A stretch of DNA of 64,000 nt from Antechinus flavipes. Its lineage: Eukaryota. The stretch is from positions 49,290,001-49,354,000 of the forward strand of contig NC_067399.1 in the NCBI RefSeq assembly GCF_016432865.1, given 5' to 3'. A program made the position numbers and the translations under genes. Positions 13,401-24,400 of this stretch are shown piece after piece (within the stretch, counting starts at the first letter, position 1; each line of letters begins with the position of its first letter). The notes beneath the pieces are model-generated. The model did no database searches, was not told the origin of the DNA, and saw only the letters and a program-made list of their open reading frames with translations.

Positions 13401-15748
13401 ATTTTTCCCTTTCCTCCAACCTCAACAGAGGCAGTCTTAATTCTGCTGCTTTTAATGGATATCTCCCCTCAGACCTGGTCAGCAGAGGTGGATTATTATG
13501 TGGTGGCCTTCCTCCCATCCCTCCCTACTTCTAAAATCATACTTTCTCTTCTCCAGCTAGTTCTAAGTCACTGTGGAGTTTTCCCCCCTGGAGACTTGGG
13601 GACCCACGCACCAATCTGGTAGCTGGGGGTAGAGGGGAGATACAGCACTTGCTCCCAAGATCAATGAGACTTTAGTCTCCACCAGCTCCACCAACGTTCG
13701 GTTCAGGCCAGTACAAAGGGTTTGAGGCTTAAGAAGCAAGCAGAGAGTGAGGCTTCCCCCATTTCTGAGTGGCTGGCTATCAGGGGAAGGGACTCATCTG
13801 GCATTTTGGTAAGGGTCTTCCAAAGAATTGCGTTGTCAGCCCATCTTCTCTCAGTACTCTCAATCAGCTTGTGATTTTAGTGCCCATTCCACAACTAGGT
13901 AAGTCCTAGTGATTTTTACTTTTCACAACAGGCCAATCTTGGGCCTCCCATCAAACATTGTCACTAATGAGAAAAGAAACAAACTAAATAAATACTACAT
14001 AAACTAAAAGGCACTTTGGTAGCCAACAAAGGAGGGTTGGGTGGGCCTTTAAGTGACCAAAGAATGGGAACAAGGCTAGAAAAACAAAGTTCTGAGGCTA
14101 TCACAGGGACTAACAGAACCTTCCCAAACCCCCCAAAAATGGGAAGAAAAAGGTACCAGGAAATGGACAGTGTAGTACGTGGGGAGAGCAAGCTGGGCTC
14201 TTCTCCTCCCAGGGCCAGTGCCCTCCAAGCAGCTGGGGCTTTCTGCACTTGTGAAACAAACCGAGCTGTGACCACACTGATAACTTCCCCCCCAGCCCTC
14301 CAGTTACACCGTGGCCAGATACAGGAAAGAAACACATCTCAAATGCTTCTCTAACAGTGGGATTTTACAAGACCAGTTTTCGAATACTATACATTCTTCC
14401 CTAAAGGGAAAACAAACTGGTTCTTGGTCTCCTTATGTAGGCACTAAGCAGGAAAACTTCAAGCCAGATTTGTTAATGCTGTTCAGACTTTTTCAGTGTG
14501 TCCGACCCTTCCTTTTCTTGGCAAAGATACTGGTTTGTCATTTCCTTCTTCAGCCCATTTTACAGATGGGGAAACTGAGGCAAACGGGGTGAAGGGACTT
14601 GCCCAGGATCACATAGTAAGTGTCTGAGGCAGGAGTTGAATTCAGGGAGTGGAGGCTTCCTGACTCCCAGCTAATGGAGCAGAGCTGCATGGCTGTGGGC
14701 CTGACCATGGAGCCTGGAGTAAATTTGACCAACATTCCAGCCCCGATTGCACCAGTTCAAGGATGGCTAATTGTCTGATAAGTACTGGGTGGGGAGGGGG
14801 AGGGTGTGCACGTACTAAAAGAAAAACCAGACTTGGATGACTGAAATGCTTTGGGGAAGCTGGGACAGGGGTCACTCCAAGAGCCGTGGGGAAGGGAAGA
14901 GAGAAGCTGCTCATATGGCTGGGTGTTCCTAGACCAGTCACTTCACTTACAGGGGTTTGGGGACAGGACACTAAAGCTGGGAGCCCCGAAGTCTGGCTGA
15001 AGATGAGGCCGCTCTCCAGGGTCCCTGGGGATGCAAGGACAGCGCCCGCACCAACCCCCGACCCCGTGACTTTATTAGCTGCGATGAGACAGTCAGAGCT
15101 CCGCTACCCAGGCCAGCGGGGGCAATCCCTGAGGTGTCTCCCTTGATGGGGTCTGGTGAGAAAAAACTGGGAGACTGGCTAGGTGACCTTGGGCAAGCCA
15201 GGGCCCTCTCCGGGCCTCAGTTTACTCGTCTGATAATTGAGCAACAATAATGACGATAACGTACTGGGGGAGGGGAGTGATCACTGGGGAGTTGTGTGCC
15301 CATTTCACAGGTGAGGAAACGGGCTGCGAGGTTCCGGGAGCCCAGAAATTGAGAGGGCGGTCCCTGCCCTGTGGGGACTGAAAAGGGGCTGAACACCTAG
15401 CCCAGGGAGCCAGAGGCCGGAGAGGAGATCCGAGGGCTCGGGGCAGGACTTGAATCCCGGACAGCACCCACCTGCCTCCTCGGGGCCGTCCTCTGTCACA
15501 GTCACGGTCACAGTTTCGTCGTCGTCCTCATCGTCCCCGCAGGCTCTGGGCGGCCCCGTGCCCCAGCTGCCCCTGGGCCGCGGCGGGGCCTCAGCAGCCC
15601 CTTCGCCGTCCTCCTCAGGCCCAGAGTCGCCGCCGCCCGCCCGCGGGGCCCGGGCCCGACTGCCGGGGCCGCTCGTGACGGCAGCCGCGAGCCCGCGCTT
15701 GCCGACCGCCCCCGGAGACAGGAAGCGGCCCAGGCGGTCCCGCTTCAT
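895..15748 (-). CDS. ZNF276: ZNF276, zf-AD (ZAD) plus five C2H2 zinc fingers, 11 coding exons, 646 aa
   Basis: Exons in transcript order: 15748-15472, 11353-11050, 10722-10670, 10568-10116, 9064-8986, 7896-7813, 5663-5556, 5473-5398, 3126-3009, 1635-1536, 1183-895. All introns are GT-AG with consistent phases, total 1941 nt. Starts MKRDRLGRFLSPG; zf-AD CRLC...CKNC in exon 2; fingers from YKCPYQGC to FACDQCGRRFEKAHNLNVHMSMVH; ends EPT*. Confidence 0.97.
7170..7327 (+). mobile_element. WSINE1-like marsupial tRNA/CORE SINE with A-tail and target-site duplication
   Basis: B-box-like gagttcaaatc, CORE gggcaagtcacttaacccc and an A-tail of about 18 nt. TSD TCCTGGAAAGA at 7159-7169 and 7328-7338. 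Confidence 0.8.
12398..12608. mobile_element. hAT/Charlie-type MITE
   Basis: Imperfect terminal inverted repeats caatggttctcaaac ... actttgaggaccactg enclosing an AT-rich interior; no clear TSD. Confidence 0.55.
14545..14670 (-). mobile_element. MIR/CORE-SINE fragment
   Basis: cccattttacagatggggaaactgaggc...gacttgcccaggatcaca is the MIR core in antisense. Confidence 0.75.
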
Positions 15749-16240
15749 GGCGGCCGCTGGGCTGCGGCTAGAGGCCGGCCGCGTTCATGGCCCGCCGCCA
15801 CCCCCGCCGCCGCCGCCGCCGCCGCCGCCGCGCCCCTCTCCGGGGCCGGGGGAGGAGCCAGGCCGGGCCGGCGTGAGAGCGAGGCGGCCGGAAAGGAGGC
15901 ACGAGGGGCCCCGGCGGCGGCGGCGGAGGAGACGGCGGCAGCGCTCTCTGCCGGCCCGGGGGGGCCCCGGCCCCGAGCGGCGCGGCGCGGGCCAGGGCTG
16001 CGGCTGTAGTCACCACCCCGGCAGCGGCCCCGTCCGGAGGTCACCCGCGAGCCTGCGGAACCTCGTCTTAGCCTCCCGCAGTCGGTTCTGCTGGGCCTCC
16101 AAGACCTGCGCCGGGCGTCGTTTCCCAAAGCAGCGGGGGGGAGGGGGGGAGCAGGGGGTTCCGTCACCCGAGCGGTGGAGTGCTCGGGGAAACTGTCCTG
16201 TCCGGAATTCAAGACCCTTAAGGAAAGGCCCAGCTGAGGA
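14990..16240. promoter_or_regulatory. ZNF276: CpG island covering the ZNF276 promoter and exon 1, with (CCG)9 at 15804-15830
   Basis: Very high GC and CpG density around the ATG at 15748. Confidence 0.85.
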
Positions 16241-16242
16241 CT

Positions 16243-16376
16243 GAGACACACCTGCATGCTTTATCTGCACCCCTGACATCCAGCTGTGCGAGACACACCT
16301 GTATGTTTTATCAGCTTCCCTGACATCCAGCTGTGCGAGACATACCTGTATACTTTATCTGCACCCTGACATCCAG
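16243..16376. repeat. Tandem repeat, 3 x 47 bp
   Basis: Unit gagacacacctgYatgYtttatctgcacccctgacatccagctgtgc, starting at 16243, 16290 and 16337 (third copy partial). Confidence 0.9.
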
Positions 16377-17453
16377 TCAGCAAAACTCTGACTTGTAGCT
16401 TGAGCCCATTTTTGAAGTGTAAACATTAACATCGATAACCTGCCAGAGCTAGCTCCTCTTGCCCATCCCGGACTCGACGTTTGCCAACTTCTTTTATTAA
16501 TCTCCTTTATGCAATCCATGACCCCACGGGGCTTTCTGGACTCCCTGCCTTAACTGAGGTATTCAGATCAAGAATTTCTATCCTGAACTTCAGACGTTTT
16601 CAGATTTACTAGAACTGGCCGAGGTGCTGAAGACTAAAACCAAGGCTCAATTAAAACTAACTACAATAATAGCTAGCATCTATACAGTGCTTTAAAGTTT
16701 AAAAAGTGCTTCACCCATGTTAATTTATTTGATGCTCACAACCTGTTTCCCATCTTTGACTGAACTGGCCAGCATTTTGATTCCTTAGACTAAAGCGATA
16801 AGAAAAAATTAAAATTTTGATTTGTCCAGATACACCGGTGGAACTTTCTCCCAAGTTTCTCCTTTCTTCTCAACCTCTCCAAACCCTTCCACTCTTTGTT
16901 TAGGTGAAGTACAAAGTACTGATCATTCTTTTCCCTCCTGAACTAACGAAATCCAAATTTACAATTCTTCATATTTTAAAACCTAAAAGTCAAGTATTTG
17001 AGAGGAAAAGTCAGTTAGTCCGGAACAATGTGGTAGAAAAACAAGTAGGACTTTAGAGGGTTAGATTCTAGTCCCAGCTCTGCCACTGGGTAACTTGGGG
17101 CAACTCCCATCCGTTTTCCGAATCTGAGTTTCCTCATCTGTAAAAGGAGTGAGTTAGTAAAGAGAAGTTTTATGACCCCTTCTTAAAGAGAAAACGGTGA
17201 GGAAAGAGTGAGGGGTCAGGGGAAGGAGACAATTTGGAACTATAAATTAAATTTTTAAAAATCAAAAAAGGAAACTTTCAGATCTCACCAATATTAGAAC
17301 TAGACGTTGAGGCTCATCCTTTATTGTGCAATTAAATAGGATTTAACAATCTGCCCCAGAGGATCACCGATCGAGTACTGGAAGGGTCTTCACTTAAAAC
17401 TGGCTTAAGCAGCAGCAGCTGGGGCCAGGAAAGGGCGGGGGAAAAGGGTGATT

Positions 17454-17465
17454 TGCGCATGCGCG
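17454..17465. promoter_or_regulatory. NRF1-type palindromic site with an adjacent GC box
   Basis: TGCGCATGCGCG at 17454-17465, with GGGCGGGG just upstream. Confidence 0.55.
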
Positions 17466-17899
17466 GTAAATCTCAAAAGTAGCAAGAGAACGCTATCCCT
17501 CTGGTTGCAGAGCCTGAAGCTTGACACTTGAGATCGGGCCTCCCTGGGCTCAGGACCCCGACTGACCGCTACGACTTGTAGGGGCTTAGAGCCCCAGCAA
17601 ACGGTAAAATAATCAGTTGCAGAGCGGGTGGAGCTCTGCATAGGTGAAAGGAGTTTCTGAGACGTTTCCAGATCTGTACAGGAATCGCGGCCCCCAGTCT
17701 CACAGCCACCCGAGCGTGTTCTAAAACTTCGGACTTCCCTGGGTTCGGATCTTCTGAGTGACACTTTGGTGACCCCTAGCAAGGAAATGCGTTTCTCTGT
17801 ATCTTTCCCGCTCTGTAAAATGAAGAATCGCTATGGCCCCTTCCATTTATATTTATATAACATATTTACTCTACTTAGTTGGGAATTTTGCCCTCAGCC

Positions 17900-18460
17900 G
17901 TTGCCATGACAGGTCGCCTCTCTGGACCGCGCGCAGCCACTGAGCCTTGAGGTACTCTGCCTAGGAATCCTGAGAGCCAGAAGTGGGCGGAGCCTGGGGT
18001 GGCTGGGCGGAGCCTGGAGCGGCTGCGCGGACTCGTCAATCATCAGCCGAGGGTTGGGGGCGGGGAGAACTCTGCTGGGCATGCGCCAGCATCGGGCAGT
18101 GAGCCTGGTCCACCCACAAGGAAATCGAGCTAAATAGACGCCTTTCCGGAACTTCCTGTCAGTCCTTACGCTAACGCTGTCCGGGTGCTGCTGGGGAGGA
18201 GGAAGTGCATCAACCTTGTGCACTGCTGAGTCCTCGTTCCCTTAACTCAAGGTTCCGGTCCATCGCAGGCCCCCTGCCCAGCCCCGCCCGTCGCCGCCGC
18301 CGCCGCCTCCTCCCCGCAGCCGGGCGGGCGCCATGGCGGCTACTGCGGCGGCGGCGGCGACGACCGCGGGGGACTGCGCGATGAAGCCGCTGCAGAGCGC
18401 CATGAAGCTGGCCCACGGAGCCATCGAACTAGATGCTGGCAATCAGCCCTTGGTGAGCGG
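17900..18460. promoter_or_regulatory. VPS9D1: CpG island / promoter of VPS9D1
   Basis: Duplicated GGGCGGAGCCTGG GC boxes near 17983-18017, GCATGCGC near 18078, an ETS-like CCGGAA near 18146 and CCG runs before the ATG. Confidence 0.8.
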
Positions 18461-21400
18461 AGGTGGGGGAGGGGAACCCGAAGGGGAGGAGCAGCACCTG
18501 AAGGGAGGGGGAGGGGGAAGAGAGGGAAGCTCCTGTGGGGAGGGGGAGCCCCGTAGAGAAGGGAAAGGGGGAGGGGGAGAAGAAGGAAGCCCCTAAGAGG
18601 AGGGGGAGACCCTGTGAAAAGAAGGGGGAGGGGGAGAAGAGGGAAGCCCCTTTGGGGAGGGGGAGCCCCGATGAGAAAAGAAAGGGGGAGGGGCAGGGGC
18701 GGTCTCGAGAGGGAGGGGGAAGGAGAGGGAAGCCCTTTGAGGACGGGGAAGTCCCTGAGAGAAAGGAAAGGGGAGCCCCTTTGAGAAAGGGGAGTCCTTG
18801 TGAAGAAGGGTCCCCATGAGTACAGGAAAAGGGATACAGACCCCTCTTGTGCAGACCCTTGTCTCTCACCTGCACACTCGAGCTCGCTGCCCCGGCTGAA
18901 GGGCTGACTGAGGGGGGCGGGGCTGTCATGCTTTGGGAGACTTTCGGGCTCCAACTTGAATGGTCTCCCGGCTTGCAGTCATTGTATGCAGCTCTTCACT
19001 TTCCGGGGCCTTTTCTATGCGAGTATTTTTTAAATGCCTATTGGGTGCCCGGGGCAGGGGAGGGGGAATATAAGAAAGCCTGGCGCGGTCTGTGACCCCG
19101 AGGATTTCACCCCGCCGCGTGTTCTTGAGTGGGAGGGCACCAGGAGGAGCGTGGACAGCCCGGGAAAGGCGGGGAGCTTCCCCCAAAGTGGCGCTATCCA
19201 GTCTTTGCTCAGGTCTCCGCCTGGTGCTTCTGTCTATCCAGTGATCAGCCGGGTTTGTGGGTTTGTTTTTTTATCAGTGAAGATAAGAGAACTAGCTTCG
19301 CGGGGAGTTGGCTTGACAAAGTAGCCTGCCTGCAGCTGGGAGCCTGCAGGAATAATGGACATGATCTAAGACCTTCCTTTGAGGAGACTTATGGCTCTTG
19401 TTAATAAGAAGGAGCCAACTCAGAAGCTGGAGAACAGGTAGAGAAGCAGGTTGAGCCACTAGCCCGGCAGGGAAGGAGGAAGGTGCTAAATGCCGTGGGC
19501 ACTATGAAAGCCAAATTCCTGGATCTCGTTCTTTTTCTCTTACTTATTTTCTTGGGAAACAGGTTTCCCTTGATGCAGGACTTCTACAAGAATTCTTATT
19601 GGCTTCATGATAATTATTGAAGGTCATCAAGTTACCTTAATTGCTAGAGCCCCACTGAGATTCCACAGCCCTAGACTGACAGACAGATCTGTCCCTCCAG
19701 TATTAACTATAGAAAACTTTCCAGGGAATGTTCTAGGGTTGCAAAGGAAGAAGGTCCCCCATTTTTGACTAGAACTCTTAAAGCATCTCATAATCCCAGG
19801 GGACTGAATCATATTCGTTATGCCTTAGGACAAAGATTAACATGGATACAGTCTCAATGCATGAAACCATAAATCTAATGTATGTTTTTAGATTCCTATA
19901 TATCCAACAGGGGGATGGAAAAAACTGTAAAGTAAGAGGTGACTCAAGGATCTTTCTGAACTTACTGATTTATTTTAAAAATTTTAAATCCTTGAAATAG
20001 AAAGTTTTAAAAGCTACAGGTTCACTTCATGATCAAGAGTGTGAAATGTTAGCTTATAGCTACTAATATCCTTAAGTAAAAATTTCATTTCTTTCTTATA
20101 TTTAAGAAGTCAGAAAGAAATTGTCCAGTTGATTTCCAGTCATTCACTGCTTAATATTTATGTAGTTTAAGCTTTATAGATATCAATAGCACTAATTAGC
20201 CCTTTAGGAGAGAAAAAATAGAATCAACCAATATTGGGTGCAATAGAAAGTCTTCATTCCTTGAGAAATGGGAGAGTTTTACCTGTTGTTTGAGATGATT
20301 GCGTTCTCTAGACCTGAACCAGGTGGAGTCCTTACTTGACTTTGCCTTTGCTGACCTTGCCTTCTCTTTCCCTCTGGAAAATAGGAGGCTTACCTGGAAT
20401 ACCTGAAGAGCATCCACTACATTTCCCAGGTGCTGCTGGAAGAAGCAGGGACTACAAAAGGTACCAAGGGACTTGGAAATGTTGGTTCTTCCTTTGATAA
20501 GAGCAGATGCACTGCCTTCTCATTACTTGGCAGGTCCTATATGTCACTTTTTCTTTTTTTCTTTTTTTTTTTTTTTTTTTACCCCAAACTTCTCAGAATA
20601 GAAGAGATTCAGCACTTGAAAGTTGGTCATAGCCAATCTCAGTTGTTTCCAGAGAAAAATTCCAAGGTCCTCAAAATTTATTCTCTGAAGTCTCTTTAGA
20701 GGACATGGTCCACAAACTTTCTTCCTAAGTAGGAAGACTAAGGAGAGCCCTCTGTTTATAGGTGGATTCTGTTTTGTCTCATTGTTGGCTATATGTGAAG
20801 ATGAGGGGGAAGGATCTATACTCATTGGTCTATTCAATAGAGTACTGATCTGAGGATCAGAAGACCTAGTACTCATTCCTGATGGTCTTAGAAAAGTTTG
20901 ATACTCCCTTCTCATTCTTAACTCTGACATTGGGAGTCAAGTCAGTTCTTCTCCTTGGACTACTTGCTCCAAATGTGTAAAACAGAAGCAGTAATTCTAG
21001 TGCTTTTTTTCCTTCCACCAAAAAGCTCAGAATATAGATGAGGAAGGAGGAAAAGAAAAAAGAGAACACTATAAGATTAGAATGTGTTCCTCAGGGAACA
21101 CTGAGAATGGGATAATTTTTGCTCACTTTACCCTTTATCTTGCCCTAGCTTGGGGAGAATCTTATTTGGAGATCCAATTGAACCCAAATTATTGTCTTAT
21201 TTCTCCATCAGACGGGGGTGACACTGTGACTTCAGATACTCCAAAGATGCTGAAGCTGGCTGAGCAGTGTTTGGAAAGGGCCAAGTCAACAGCTGCCAAA
21301 CTGGGTGAGTGTATGCTTAGCAGAAGAAAGAGCTCGCTGGGATTTCTTTCTCTCCTTCAGCTTTTAAATGCAATATGATCTAGTTTCTTCTGACCCTTGG

Positions 21401-24400
21401 CTTTGTGTATCATGCAGGGACAACCCAACTGAAACCAACCATCCCAATGGCTCTTCCAGGCCACAACCCAGCTAGCCGACATCGCAGGGTATATTCAGAT
21501 GAGGGAGGAAAGCTGTGTCCCTTTCTACCCCCTGAAATCTTCCAGAAGCTGCAGGTGGTTGAGGCACAAAGTTCTAAGAAGTAAGAGAGAACAAAAAAAC
21601 CAAAAACAACAACAACAGCCCAACATGTCATAGCCTTGCCAAAGAGGGGAGTGGGGCAGGACAGAGGGAGTGTTTCTGGGGCTTGTGGGACAGTCAGATG
21701 TGGTAGAACTCTGAAGTCCAACTCAAGAGGCTTACTCTTATTTCTCCTGACTTCCTGATTTCTCCTGGGGGAGGAATGCCTTCCATTGCCCTGTCTAAGC
21801 AGTAAGACAGCCAGCTGATCCTTGGATAGGTCTAGTTTGCTTTTCATCCTCTCCAAGGACTTCTCCTCCTCCTCCTGATTAACATCTCCCATAATCTTCA
21901 GAATCCCTAAATGTAATAGAAGAGTACAAGGAAGTCCCATGTTAGGTGGGTTTAAAGTGTCCTCTCAGTCACCTTCACTCTATAGATCCATGTCTTCTTT
22001 TCATGTAAGCTATAGGACAAATAGGAGAGGTGGGGCTTTTGGCTAGATTATAGGGATTCATGGATTGGTAGTCATTTAGCTCTTGGCTTTATCAGTGGGA
22101 CTTTGTGTGTGTGCTGCTCTCATGTGAGCTAAGGAGTGCCCATGGGGCCAGCCAGCCCAACCTCCCCTTGCACAATTTGAAGCCAGGAGCTCTGAGAGGG
22201 GCCACTTGTTGCCTTGCTGTCCAAAGCACTTTGGGGACTCCAAGGCAGTGTGTCGATTTATGGACATTTTGCAGGGAACTGACCCCTCTGGAAGAGGCTT
22301 CATTACAGAATCAGAAGCTGAAGGCCTCCTATGAGGCCCGGATGGCCCGGCTGAATCCCAGCCAGGCAGTACAGAAGACATCTTTGGTGAGTGAGGTCTC
22401 TGCTCCGTTACTACTCTCCACAGTGGAGAGTCTCCTGACCAAGGTGTGAAGAAGAGTCTCTAGTTAAAATGGGAGCTGAGGTTTTGAGATTTGGGGGGTG
22501 GGGGAGGAATCAGCAGCAGGGTAAGGGGCCAGAACCTCTTAAGGCAATGGGAATGGTCTGGGGAAGCAGGCTGCCTGTGATAGAGGGAACCTCCCTCTTC
22601 TCTTCCATGTCACAGACTCTGTCCCTGCAGCGGCAAATGATGGAGAATTTGGTGATTGCCAAAGCCCGGGAGGAGACAGTATCCTTTTGTACATAGAAGT
22701 GTCAAACTTATAGCTCCATTGAGAAAGTGGAAGGATTAAGAGCAGTTTGAGCCCAGGGAGGCCTTGGGGAGATGGGCTTAACTTTGCCTGGTCCTGGAAA
22801 GAAGTTATCTCCCAAGAAGCTTTGGAGCCTGGTATCCCAACTCTTAGCCACAGTGACTGGTCCTTCCAACTCAGGCACATGTCTCCTTGACTTGACTGTT
22901 GCAGCTACAAAGAAAGATGGAGGAGCGCAGGCTGCGGCTGCAGGAAGCTGCTAACAGGTGAAACTTCCCATCTTTCGGAGAGTTTGGAAATTGGGGAGCC
23001 TGGGATCCCTGAGTCACTGCCCCCATGCTCTCTCCATAGGAGGTTCTGTAGCCGTGTAACCCTGACTCCGGAAGAGCAGGAGCAGCGGGCCCTCTATGCT
23101 GCCATCTTGGAGTATGAGCAAGACCACGTGAGTCTTGTGAGGGAGGGCCAGCCTCTGGCCAGGGAGGCCTGGGGGTGAGGGGGCCGACCTCACAGTGAGG
23201 AAGCCTTGGAAAGAGCTGCTCCCAGATCGCGGCCTGGGGAGGCCGTGGCACCTCCTGTGCCCATTGGTGACCGCCGCCTCTCTTCTGGCAGGATTGGCCG
23301 AAGCACTGGAAAGCCAAACTGAAGAGAAACCCCAACGACCTCTCCCTGGTGACCAGCCTGGTCTGCCACCTCCTCAGGTAGCTGGCCCCACCCTTCTCAC
23401 CCAGCTAGCTGCCTAATGGGGATGGTAATTGCTGCAGCTGATCTGATGGCTCTTCCTGGTTGGCAAAGGAAGCCTCATTTATTCCCTCAGCTGAGCCCTA
23501 TACATGAAGAAGTCTCCTTGACACGATGACAGAGCGGAGGTTCAGGAGGCTGTGGCTTGTCCGAGCTCTCTCAGACTATGCCCAGCTCTTCCTGCCTCCC
23601 AGTCCAGGGTCAGCTGCCCAGGGAGCCGGCCCTCGGGTCCTCATCTGGCAGCGCCCGGCGGGGTTAGAGTTAGCGCGCCCTCGGCTGCTTCTGCTCGTTT
23701 TCTAGCCCATCTTACAGATGAGGAACTGAGGCAGACAGGGGAAGTGACTGGCCCCGGGTCCTCCAGCTGGGAAGTGTTTGAGCCTGGATCAGGATTGGGG
23801 AAGACGTGTCTCCCCGACCCCAGGCCCAAGTGTTCTGTGCACTGCGGTACCCCCAGCAGCTAGGACACAAAGCCCTGGCCCCTTGGGGAAGTCACCTCTG
23901 CCCCTACAGGAATATACCCCCAGATTGGGGGGAGGGAAGCGATGGCACTGGCCGCTGAGTAGAATCAGGAGAGGGTTCATGTACAAGGTAGAGCCTCTAC
24001 TGAGGAAATAAGGGATTCTTAAGAGGTGGGGGGAGCCTGGAGTGAGCTCTTGGCCCAGGACAGAGGTCTGCAGGTGAGGGAACGGGAATAAAGGGGAGCC
24101 CAGCCAGAAATAGGCAGCCCCCTGGGGATGCCAAGGAGGGGGAGGGGCTCTGCTCCTCAATGTAATAAGAGCCACAAGAGTGTCTTGGGCAGGACAGTAG
24201 CTCAGTCAGACCTGTATTTAAGGAAATTCATTTGGTTCATGGTCGAAGGAGAGATCGGATACCAGAAGATCAGTTAGGAGATTTGCAGTTCTCTAGGTAA
24301 AAAAGTGAGGAAGGCCTGAAAATGGCACACAGTGACTGAGTGAGAGTCGAAGGCCAGGTTGGCAATGCACTAGTTGTGAGTTGCGTCTGAGAGAAGGCAG

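Noticed and set aside
1300-14000. Intronic snoRNA, tRNA or miRNA candidates in ZNF276 introns
   Set aside because: Scattered TGATGA and CTGA words do not form correctly oriented C/D pairs with terminal stems that I could verify by eye; an Infernal or tRNAscan-SE run would be needed.
15450-16257. Overlapping 264-aa and 170-aa ORFs in the ZNF276 CpG island; similar ORFs at 18340-18954 and 56504-57561
   Set aside because: GC-rich or low-complexity sequence lacks stop codons by composition. The translations are Pro/Arg/Gly-rich with no domain and overlap real exons or promoters in other frames.
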